45,957 nt of DNA from Verrucomicrobiota bacterium (GCA_038209745.1 JBBQXJ010000034.1:1-45957); one strand, 5' to 3'; numbered from the stretch's first letter, positions 28,165 through 36,118 are shown. The notes: a model not told the origin generated them from the sequence alone. Numbers and translations: made by a program.

Positions 28165-29001
28165 CTACTTCAATGCGGCCATCGGGAAGCTCTGGTCCAC
28201 GAACTTGACCGCGGCGTCCACGAAAGGATCGGGGGCCGAGGCGAACCCTTGGCTGTCGGTCTCGATGGCCATCACTCCGGGCCAGTTGACCTTCTTCAGC
28301 TCCTCGAAGAGTCCCTTGTAGTTGGCGTCGCCCTTGCCGATCTCGGTGTCCGTGGCCACGTCGCCGTTGGGCGTGTTGTTCACCTTCTTGTCCTTGAGAT
28401 GGATGTCGTAGACGCGGCCGTTGTATTCCCGGAAGACCTTGGCCACGTCCATCCGGGTACTGGCGATCCAGCCGATGTCGAGGCAGACGCCGATGCGGGA
28501 GTCGCGGTGCATGATCAACTGCTTCATCACGTAGGGATTGCCGTAGGGCGCGGTGATGCCGTGGTTATGGATGGCGATCTTGATGTCGTATTCCTTCACC
28601 AGCTCTTCGAGGTTGTCCAAGATCCGGTAGTCGCCCGGCTCCACCACGATGACCTTGATGCCCATGAACTTGGCGAACTCGAACAGCTTCCGGTTGTCCT
28701 CCTTGTCCATCGAGGTCCCGGTGACGCCGAACGTGTAGACCGTGAGTCCGGCGGCATCGAGGACGGCCTTCTTCTTCTTGGTCTCCTCCAGCGGCGCCTT
28801 CGGGTCCATATGGTTCCCGATCAACTGCAGCTGGGTCATGTGGTGTTTCTTTGCGAAGTCGACCACCTGGTCGAAGCTCAGATTCCGCAGCGTCCAGCTC
28901 TGGATGCCGACGGTGGGTTTGTAGTCCGCAGCCCCGGCCGAAAAGCTTGCGCCGGCGTAGATGAGGAGGGATGCGAGGAGTGTAGTGATGGGGTTCCGCA
29001 T
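28165..29001 (-). CDS. Secreted sugar phosphate isomerase/epimerase (xylose isomerase-like TIM barrel)
   Basis: ATG 29001 with signal peptide; GIQSWTLR, IAIHNHG, CLDIGW, IHLKD, MAIE. Confidence 0.9.
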   Translation of the reverse strand: MRNPITTLLASLLIYAGASFSAGAADYKPTVGIQSWTLRNLSFDQVVDFAKKHHMTQLQLIGNHMDPKAPLEETKKKKAVLDAAGLTVYTFGVTGTSMDKEDNRKLFEFAKFMGIKVIVVEPGDYRILDNLEELVKEYDIKIAIHNHGITAPYGNPYVMKQLIMHRDSRIGVCLDIGWIASTRMDVAKVFREYNGRVYDIHLKDKKVNNTPNGDVATDTEIGKGDANYKGLFEELKKVNWPGVMAIETDSQGFASAPDPFVDAAVKFVDQSFPMAALK

Positions 29002-29149
29002 GTGTGGCGTGAATTGAATCCCGACCGCCGCGGTGGTCAAGATCCATGATGCCGCCGCGCCTCCGCTGAAGTTTCGTTTTGAATTCGCCCCGCCACCCGC
29101 CAGCATCCGGCCTCATTTGTCGGGACCAACCGGTTCCCGGCGCGACGAC

Positions 29150-30967
29150 ATGAAACGCACCCATCATTGCAACGAGCTCCGCGCGGAACACGCCGGAAAG
29201 ACTGTCACCTTGGTCGGCTGGGTCCATTCCCGCCGTGATCTGGGAGGTGTCCTCTTCATCGATCTCCGCGACCGCGAAGGCCGCACCCAGACCGTATTCG
29301 ATCCGGCGGACCTGCCCAAGGAAGTCTTCGACTCGGCCACCCATCTGCACAGCGAGTCGGTCATCGAGATCGTCGGCAACGTCCGCGTGCGCCCCGCCGG
29401 CACCAACAACGACAAGATCCCCACCGGCCAGATCGAAGTGCATGTGAGCGGCTGCACCGTGCTCAACCATGCCGCCGTCCTGCCCTTCCCGGTCGACGAC
29501 CCCGAAGTCGCCAGCAAGGTCAACGAGGAGATCCGTCTCCAGTATCGCTACCTCGACCTGCGCCGCCCGGAGATGATCCGCAACCTCCGCGTCCGCTCCA
29601 AGGTCGCCATCGCCACCCGCAGCTACATGGACGAGCAGGGCTTCCTCGAAGTCGAGACGCCCACCCTTTTCAAGAGCACGCCCGAAGGCGCCCGCGAATT
29701 CCTCGTCCCGAACCGCCGCGACGCCGGCACGTTCTACGCGCTGCCGCAGTCGCCCCAGCAGTTCAAGCAGATCCTCATGGTCGGCGGCATCGAGCGCTAC
29801 TTCCAGCTCGCCCGCTGCTACCGCGACGAAGACCTCCGCGCCGACCGCCAGCCCGAGTTCACCCAGGTGGACATCGAGATGTCGTTCATCGACCGCGAGG
29901 ACATCTACGCGCTCGTCGAAGGCCTGTTGAAGAAGGTCTGGAAAACCGCGCTCGACATCGACATCCCGACGCCGTTCAAGCGCATCAGCTTCGAGGAAGC
30001 GATGAACCGCTTCGGCATCGACAAGCCCGACACCCGCTTCGGCATGGAGCTGGTGGACATGAGCGAGGACTTCAAGGGCTCCAAGTTCGGCGTCTTTGGC
30101 AACTGCATCGCCGGTGGCGGCGTCGTGAAGGCCATCAACGCCAAGGGCCTCGCCGGCGCCACCCAGGGCCAGATCGAGACCATGACCGAATACGCCAAGA
30201 GCTTCGGCGCGAAAGGCCTCGCCTTCATCAAGGTCGAGAAGGGCGCCAGCGGCGCGGTCGAATGGAAATCACCCATCGTGAAGTTCTTCTCCGACGCCGA
30301 GAAGTCCGCCCTGACCTCCAAGCTCGCCGTTGAGGAAGGCGACCTGCTCCTCTTCGCCGCCGACCAATGGCTCAACGCCTGCGAAATCCTCGGCAAGATC
30401 CGCCTCTACTGCGCCGACGTCCTCAAGACCCAGGGCAAGCTCGTCATCGACCCCAAGCAGTTCAATTTTCTTTGGGTCATCGAGTTCCCGCTCCTTGGCT
30501 TCGACCGCGAACAGAACCGCTGGTATTCCAGCCACCATCCGTTTACCGCGCCGGTGGAGGACGACATCCCTCTCCTCAAGTCCGATCCGAAGAAGGTCCG
30601 CGGCCAGCACTACGACATCGTGGTCAACGGTGTGGAACTCGGTGGCGGTTCCATCCGTATCCATCAGCCCGACGTGCAGCGGACCATCTTCGAGGAAGTC
30701 CTCCAGATCCCGGCCGAAGAGACCCAGAGCCGCTTCGGCTACATGCTCGAAGCCTTCAAGTATGGCGCCCCTCCGCACGGCGGCATCGCGCTTGGGTTCG
30801 ACCGCATGATCGCCATCCTCTGCGGCGCCACCAGCATCCGCGACGTCATCGCCTTCCCCAAGACGGCCAAAGGCACCTGCCTCATGACCGACAGCCCCAC
30901 CACCGTCACCGCCCGCCAACTCCGCGACCTCCACATCGAGGTGAAGGCGGCGGTGAAGAAGGAGTGA
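29150..30967 (+). CDS. aspS: Aspartate--tRNA ligase
   Basis: MKRTHHC, GWVHSRRDLGG, YRYLDLRR, STPEGAREF, ALPQSPQQFKQ, RDEDLRADRQPEFTQ, GAPPHGGIALGFDR. Confidence 0.99.
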   Translation: MKRTHHCNELRAEHAGKTVTLVGWVHSRRDLGGVLFIDLRDREGRTQTVFDPADLPKEVFDSATHLHSESVIEIVGNVRVRPAGTNNDKIPTGQIEVHVSGCTVLNHAAVLPFPVDDPEVASKVNEEIRLQYRYLDLRRPEMIRNLRVRSKVAIATRSYMDEQGFLEVETPTLFKSTPEGAREFLVPNRRDAGTFYALPQSPQQFKQILMVGGIERYFQLARCYRDEDLRADRQPEFTQVDIEMSFIDREDIYALVEGLLKKVWKTALDIDIPTPFKRISFEEAMNRFGIDKPDTRFGMELVDMSEDFKGSKFGVFGNCIAGGGVVKAINAKGLAGATQGQIETMTEYAKSFGAKGLAFIKVEKGASGAVEWKSPIVKFFSDAEKSALTSKLAVEEGDLLLFAADQWLNACEILGKIRLYCADVLKTQGKLVIDPKQFNFLWVIEFPLLGFDREQNRWYSSHHPFTAPVEDDIPLLKSDPKKVRGQHYDIVVNGVELGGGSIRIHQPDVQRTIFEEVLQIPAEETQSRFGYMLEAFKYGAPPHGGIALGFDRMIAILCGATSIRDVIAFPKTAKGTCLMTDSPTTVTARQLRDLHIEVKAAVKKE

Positions 30968-30986
30968 TTCCCAGTGCGTCGATCCC

Positions 30987-31190
30987 ATTCCATTCAGGAT
31001 CGAGATCAAGCCGAGGGCGATGACGGCTCTGGCGCCGCTGAAGTCGGACCAGGTGCGGCGAGCCGCGGGAAAGATCGACGCGCTCACGAACAACGTGTGC
31101 GCGGCGGCGACTACCGGGTGCTTTTCGAGGTGGAAGGCGCGGGGGATCGTCGTCAAGCCTGTCCGACAGGGCGGCGAGGCCTACACCTGA
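30987..31190 (+). pseudogene. Degraded RelE/ParE-family toxin
   Basis: Three frame pieces: (I)PFRIEIKPRAMTALAPLKSDQVRRAAGKIDALTNN / RGGDYRVLFEVEG / IVVKPVRQGGEAYT-stop; ATT where a start codon is expected; central segment apparently missing. Confidence 0.75.
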
Positions 31191-31201
31191 GGAACGCAAC
31201 C

Positions 31202-31370
31202 ATGATCACGCTCCACCCCGAAATTCTGTCCAAGAACGGCCGCAAGGAATTCGTCGTGCTGTTCTACGAGGAGTCCGTGGCGTTGCGCGAGGAACTCTAA
31301 GACTTGGAGGACCTCCGCGAACTGCGCGAAGCCAAGGCCGCCGAAGGCTCCGCCACCACCACCACCCCGC
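31202..31370 (+). pseudogene. Degraded type II antitoxin
   Basis: MITLHPEILSKNGRKEFVVLFYEESVALREEL-TAA(31298)-DLEDLRELREAKAAEG; in-frame stop; GAGGA upstream; follows RelE remnant. Confidence 0.7.
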
Positions 31371-31516
31371 CAATTTCGAAACAAAAAACAACCAATCAAC
31401 GACTCCCCTGTCCTCCGTCCGTTTTATCGGAGCAGGCCAAGAGGCGCCTTTTTGACCGGAAACAAGCGCGAACAATCTGCTTCCTCCAAGCGGGGGGGCC
31501 GGACAACGTATTGTTC

Positions 31517-32137
31517 ATGAACAAGCCCGTCCGCTCTCTCATCCTGGCTGTTTTCCTCGCGGCCTGCCTCGGCAGCACGGCCGCCGAACCGAACTTCACC
31601 CCGCTTTTCAACGGGAAAGACCTCACCAACTTCAAGGCCGCGGAGTCCAAGGAATTCTGGCGCGTCGAGAACGGCATCCTGATCGGGCAGAACAACGCGG
31701 CGAAGAAAGAGAACTACCTGTGGACCGAGAAGGAGTATGGCGACTTTGTCCTCGAGTTTGACGCGCGCTGGCAGTCCACCACCAAGCGCGGGGTCGATAC
31801 CGGCGTCGAAATGCGGAAGCCGAAGATCCAGCTCCAGCTGGGCGTCTCGGGTAGCCTGCTGGTGGATATGACAGGTTCGTTCTACACCGGCGGCAAGCCC
31901 GCGTATCCGGAGTCCGGCCAGGCGAAAGAAGCGAAGAAGCTTCTCAAGCCCGACGGCGAGTGGAACACGTTCCGCATCCGGGCCAAGGGCGACACCTTCA
32001 CCTGCTGGATCAACGGCCAGAAGGCGTCGGAATACACCGATGCGAAATTCTCCGGGGCCGCCCCGCTCGGGTTGCAGGTCCACGGCGGCGTCGAGATGAA
32101 GTGCGAGTATCGCAGCCTCAAGATCGCCGAGCTGTGA
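31517..32137 (+). CDS. DUF1080 / 3-keto-disaccharide hydrolase family secreted protein
   Basis: ATG 31517, signal peptide; LFNGKDLTNF, WRVENGILIG, YGDFVLEFD, GEWNTFRI, LGLQVHGG. Confidence 0.9.
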   Translation: MNKPVRSLILAVFLAACLGSTAAEPNFTPLFNGKDLTNFKAAESKEFWRVENGILIGQNNAAKKENYLWTEKEYGDFVLEFDARWQSTTKRGVDTGVEMRKPKIQLQLGVSGSLLVDMTGSFYTGGKPAYPESGQAKEAKKLLKPDGEWNTFRIRAKGDTFTCWINGQKASEYTDAKFSGAAPLGLQVHGGVEMKCEYRSLKIAEL

Positions 32138-32240
32138 GGGGCGAAGGCAGTTCCTGGAGCGTTTTCAGAATGAATCGAGCCGCAGGTTCGGACTGATCGC
32201 GTTGCGACCCGCCGCGCCTCCGACGCTCACCGCCGTTTCT

Positions 32241-32264
32241 GTAGGCCGGGTTCCCCAACCCGGC
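32241..32264 (+). repeat. GTAG-type REP-like palindrome
   Basis: GTAG followed by perfect hairpin GCCGGGTT-CCCC-AACCCGGC in an intergenic region between convergent genes. Confidence 0.6.
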
Positions 32265-32296
32265 TCTCTCTCCGGTTCGATTTGGTCATCGGTTCC

Positions 32297-32551
32297 CTAG
32301 TTCGAGAATCGCCGAAACAACCAAAACACCACCGCGATTCCGACGCCGATGCCCAGTGACCACAGGCCCAGGTGGGCGGCCTGAGCCGCGAGCTCGTGTT
32401 TCGCTTCCGGTGCCCGATAGGCCATCACGAGAGCGCCGATCCCGGTTGCGATGAAGAGCGCCGAGACGGCCACAATCAGCACGCCATATTCAGACGGGGT
32501 CGAAGGCTTGGAGGGCATCCTGAACGACATCGAGTGACTCTGTCGGCTCAT
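32297..32551 (-). CDS. Small hypothetical two-TM membrane protein
   Basis: Two clear hydrophobic helices; fills the gap between convergent/divergent neighbours; start uncertain. Confidence 0.55.
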   Translation of the reverse strand: MSRQSHSMSFRMPSKPSTPSEYGVLIVAVSALFIATGIGALVMAYRAPEAKHELAAQAAHLGLWSLGIGVGIAVVFWLFRRFSN

Positions 32552-32633
32552 CGAACTTTTGACAATCGGTTGGGTGATGTCGGCGCGGGATCGTCACTTG
32601 ATGGGATCCGAGCCACAAATCAGGCTGGGAGGA

Positions 32634-33278
32634 ATGAAGAGCGGGATCGACGCGGTTATTTTTGATATGGACGGAGTGATCGTGGACAGCGAGCCGCGGC
32701 ATCAACGGGCGTTTCTGGAGGTGTTCACCGAGATGGGGCTGGGGGACCGGCACGGGATCGAGTTCTCCAAGTATCTCGGGACGTCGGATCTGTCGGTCTG
32801 GAACGACTTCATCGCGCTGCATCGGCCGGCGCAGTCGCTGGACGAATTGACCCGGTGGAAGGAGAGCCGGTTCATCGATCTGATCCGGACGGAGCAGCCG
32901 CTTTTCCCGAGTCTGCCAGAACTGGTGGCGGATCTGGCGGCGAAGTATCCGCTGGCGGTGGCGTCGGGCTCGTTGCACGTGGTGATCGACGAGGTGCTGG
33001 CGCTGAAGAATCTGCGGGAGCATTTCCAGGCGGTGGTGAGCGTGCAGGATGTGGGTCGGCCGAAACCGGCACCGGACATTTTCCTGCGGGCGGCGGAACT
33101 CCTGAAGACGCCGCCGGAGCGGTGCTGCGTGGTCGAGGATTCGGCGGCGGGCGTGGAAGCGGCGTTGGCGGCGGGGATGCGGGTGATCGCGATCACAAAT
33201 TCGCTGCCGCCGGAGGCGCTGAAGCGGGCGCATCATGTCGTGAAGGACTATGCGGAGATCGAGCGGTTGTTGATGTGA
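32634..33278 (+). CDS. HAD-superfamily phosphatase (beta-PGM-like, subfamily IA)
   Basis: AVIFDMDGVIVDSE, VASGS, KPAPDIF, VVEDSAAGVEAA; start ATG 32634 (alternative 32601). Confidence 0.93.
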   Translation: MKSGIDAVIFDMDGVIVDSEPRHQRAFLEVFTEMGLGDRHGIEFSKYLGTSDLSVWNDFIALHRPAQSLDELTRWKESRFIDLIRTEQPLFPSLPELVADLAAKYPLAVASGSLHVVIDEVLALKNLREHFQAVVSVQDVGRPKPAPDIFLRAAELLKTPPERCCVVEDSAAGVEAALAAGMRVIAITNSLPPEALKRAHHVVKDYAEIERLLM

Positions 33279-33294
33279 GGTAGGAGAGGGAAGA

Positions 33295-33321
33295 CACGGA
33301 TTTCACGAAGGGCACGGATTT
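33295..33321 (+). repeat. 9-bp-period triple direct repeat (CACGGATTT-CACGAAGGG-CACGGATTT)
   Basis: Read directly in the intergenic region after the HAD gene. Confidence 0.55.
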
Positions 33322-33429
33322 GGGGGAAACCGCCCTCCTTCCGGGAAGCGATGATCCGCGCTCGGGCGAAAATTCGATCTCCTGGTTCGGGCGCTGGCAT
33401 TTCCGAAAAGACCCGCCACCATCCAGTCC

Positions 33430-34635
33430 ATGAATTCGGAAGCGGCAACCTATCCGGGCATGTCGGCACCGCCCTCGGCCGTGGTGCCGGTCAAGTCCGT
33501 GGCGGCCGCTCTGCCATGGTTCTGCTATGCCGTGGTCTTCGGCGCGGTCTGCATTCCGCTGGGGGTGCTTTGGGACATCTCGTGGCATTCGACGATCGGA
33601 CGGGACACGTTTTGGACGCCGGCGCACATGCTGATCTATCTGGGGGGCGCGATGCCGGGGATGGTCTGCGGGTGGCTGGTGTTGAAGACGACTTTCGCGG
33701 GGACGGTGGAGGAACGGGAGCGGGCGGTGCGGATCTGGGGATTTCGCGGGCCGTTGGGCGCTTGGATCATCATCTGGGGTTCGCTGGCGATGCTGACGTC
33801 GGCGCCGTTCGACAACTGGTGGCATGACGCCTACGGGCTGGATGTGCGCATCCTGTCGCCACCGCACACGGTGTTGGCCTTGGGCATGTATGGTGTGGCC
33901 GTGGGGGCATGGGTGCTGATCGCCTCGTGGCGCAACCGGGTCTCGGGCTTGGCGGAACGGCACAGTGTCTGGCTGTTCGTGCTGCTGGGCGGGGTGTTGA
34001 TCACGATGCTGAACATCTTCATGACGGAGTTCAGCCTGCCGAACGACCAGCACAACGGGACGTTCTATCGGGTCTCCTGCCGCGCCTATCCGATCTATCT
34101 GGCGATCATCGCGCGGGCGGCGCAGATGCGCTGGGCGGCGACGAAGGCGGCGCTGGTCTTCATGGGAATCGTCGCGACGATGGCGTGGATCCTTCCTTTG
34201 TTTCCGGCCACGCCGAAGCTGGCGCCGATCTACAATCCGGTGACCCACATGGTGCCGCCGGCGTTCCCGTTGCTGCTGGTGTTTCCTGCTTTGGCGGTGG
34301 ATGCGGTGATGCTGCTGGAGAAACGGCTCCGGCCGCGCTGGTGGCGGGACTGGACGTTGGCGGTCGCGATCGGATTGGCTTTCTCCGCCGTGTTCTTCGC
34401 GGTGCAATGGAATTTCTCGAAGGTGCTCGTCTCGGCGGCGGCGGACAATTGGCTGCTGATCGGCGAACGGCATTTCGGCTATGGTGCGGGGGTGGGAGAA
34501 TGGCGGCATCGTTTCTGGGGCTTGGACAACGACTCCTTGAGGTGGGGGAGCGTCGGCATCGCGCTGCTGGCTTCGGTCCTGTCGGCGCGACTGGGACTGT
34601 GGCTGGGCAAGGGCCTGAAGGCGGTCCAGCGCTGA
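33430..34635 (+). CDS. Polytopic membrane protein with PmoC/AmoC-like metal motifs and PmoA-like C-terminal half
   Basis: About 9-10 TM; WDISWHSTIGRDTFWTPAH (D49,H53,H66) and FDNWWHDAYGLDVRILSPPH (D128,H132,H146); RWAAT and FPLLLVFPALAVDAVMLL segments. CDS is secure, functional call is inference. Confidence 0.7.
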   Translation: MNSEAATYPGMSAPPSAVVPVKSVAAALPWFCYAVVFGAVCIPLGVLWDISWHSTIGRDTFWTPAHMLIYLGGAMPGMVCGWLVLKTTFAGTVEERERAVRIWGFRGPLGAWIIIWGSLAMLTSAPFDNWWHDAYGLDVRILSPPHTVLALGMYGVAVGAWVLIASWRNRVSGLAERHSVWLFVLLGGVLITMLNIFMTEFSLPNDQHNGTFYRVSCRAYPIYLAIIARAAQMRWAATKAALVFMGIVATMAWILPLFPATPKLAPIYNPVTHMVPPAFPLLLVFPALAVDAVMLLEKRLRPRWWRDWTLAVAIGLAFSAVFFAVQWNFSKVLVSAAADNWLLIGERHFGYGAGVGEWRHRFWGLDNDSLRWGSVGIALLASVLSARLGLWLGKGLKAVQR

Positions 34636-34639
34636 GTCC

Positions 34640-36118
34640 ATGAAGCACTTCTTCCAAATATGGCGGCGGTTTTCCGCAGGGCTGTTGGTGTTCCTCCTGG
34701 CGGCGGCGGCGATCCCTTCCCAGGCCCACGTCGGGACGCAGAACATCGTGTTCGAGGGGTTGGCGGGGCCGTATCCGCTGCGGGTGATGATCAAGCCGCC
34801 GGTGGTGGTCCCGGGTTTGGCGCAGGTGACGATCCGGCGATTGTCGGACGAGGTCACCGGGGTCTCGGTGCTGCCGATGCGCTGGGACGTGGGGCGCAAG
34901 GGAGCGCCGCCGCCGGAAGACGCGGTACCGGTCAAGGGGGACGACACGCTCTTCACGGCGCAGCTCTGGCTGATGGACTCCGGCGCCTACAGCGTGCTGG
35001 TCAACGCCAAGGGTTCGCGGGGCGAGCATGCGCTGATCGTGCCCGTGAATTCCGTGGCGACGCAGCGTCTCGGATTGCCCAAGTGGTTCGGAGCGATGCT
35101 GGGCGTCCTCGGGTTGTTGCTCGTCGGATTACTGGCCACCATTGCCGGATCGGCGGTCCGGGAAAGCTCGTTGCCGGCCGGGATGTTGCCGGATCGGCGC
35201 CGGAAGGTTCGCGGAGTGGTCGCCTCGCTGGTCTTCGGCTTGATCCTGGCCGGAGGTCTGGTTTTTGGAAGGGCCTGGTGGACGTCGGAGGAGAACCGCT
35301 ACTTGAACCGGGTGCTCTATAAACCAGAGCCGCTGGACGTGCGGAACGTATCGGGTCGGCTCTTGCTGGAGCTGGATCCAGCCGGGGAAGGGCAGCGCGA
35401 CCGCACTCCGCTGATCCCCGACCACGGGAAACTGATGCACCTGTTCATGGTGCGGAGCGGGACGATGGACGCCGTGGCGCATCTGCACCCGGTGAGAATC
35501 GAAGGGGGGAAGAAGTTCGCCTGCGCTCTGCCGCCATTGCCCGAGGGAAAATATGAGTTGTTCGCGGACATCACGCAGGAGAGTGGGTTCGCGCAGACGC
35601 TGGTCGGGACGGTCCTGATCTCGCCGGACGACGCCTCAGCGCGCTATGTGGCGACGGATCCGGATGATGCGTTCCGGGCCGTGGCACTCGGGGATCCCTT
35701 GGGGATTGGGTTGTCGCAGGGCAGACGGTTGCGACGGATCGACAGTGTGGCAATCCGGGTCGATCAACCGGCGGCGTTGCGATTCCAAGTGGTGGATGCA
35801 GAAGATCGGGCTGTGGAGCTGGAGCCGTATCTCGGGATGTTCGGCCACGCCTTCATCCTGAAGGAAGACAGCACGGTCTTCAGCCACCTGCATCCGCAGG
35901 GAAATGTTTCGATGGGAGCGGGGTTGGCCTTCACGCGTCGGGAGCTGGGCGACCAAGCGGCCCACAAGCTGATGGAGGAGGTTTGCAGTCCCTTGGGAGC
36001 GGATCATGTGCTGACGTTTCCGTATGCGTTTCCGCAAGCGGGGATCTATCGGATGTGGGTCCAGGTGCGGGTCGCTGGCCAAGTGGAAACGGCGGCGTTC
36101 CAGATCAAGGTGGAGTAG
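34640..36118 (+). CDS. Exported membrane-anchored His-rich putative copper-binding protein (PmoB-like topology)
   Basis: Signal peptide ending SQA then His30; soluble domain; two TM helices (about aa 147-212); two repeats DHGKLMHLF..AHLHP and PYLGMFGHAF..SHLHP; 4 bp after previous gene. Confidence 0.7.
   Translation: MKHFFQIWRRFSAGLLVFLLAAAAIPSQAHVGTQNIVFEGLAGPYPLRVMIKPPVVVPGLAQVTIRRLSDEVTGVSVLPMRWDVGRKGAPPPEDAVPVKGDDTLFTAQLWLMDSGAYSVLVNAKGSRGEHALIVPVNSVATQRLGLPKWFGAMLGVLGLLLVGLLATIAGSAVRESSLPAGMLPDRRRKVRGVVASLVFGLILAGGLVFGRAWWTSEENRYLNRVLYKPEPLDVRNVSGRLLLELDPAGEGQRDRTPLIPDHGKLMHLFMVRSGTMDAVAHLHPVRIEGGKKFACALPPLPEGKYELFADITQESGFAQTLVGTVLISPDDASARYVATDPDDAFRAVALGDPLGIGLSQGRRLRRIDSVAIRVDQPAALRFQVVDAEDRAVELEPYLGMFGHAFILKEDSTVFSHLHPQGNVSMGAGLAFTRRELGDQAAHKLMEEVCSPLGADHVLTFPYAFPQAGIYRMWVQVRVAGQVETAAFQIKVE

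Noticed and set aside
33193..34956. 587-aa - strand ORF overlapping the PmoC/A-like gene
   Set aside because: Arg/Gln/His-rich shadow translation; the + strand has the coherent TM pattern and motifs.
33430..36118. Calling these genes pmoCAB/amoCAB and the organism a methanotroph or nitrifier
   Set aside because: Similarity is motif-level only; the PmoA GDWDFW signature and the PmoB HxH ligands are missing and no downstream C1 or nitrogen oxidation genes are in the window.
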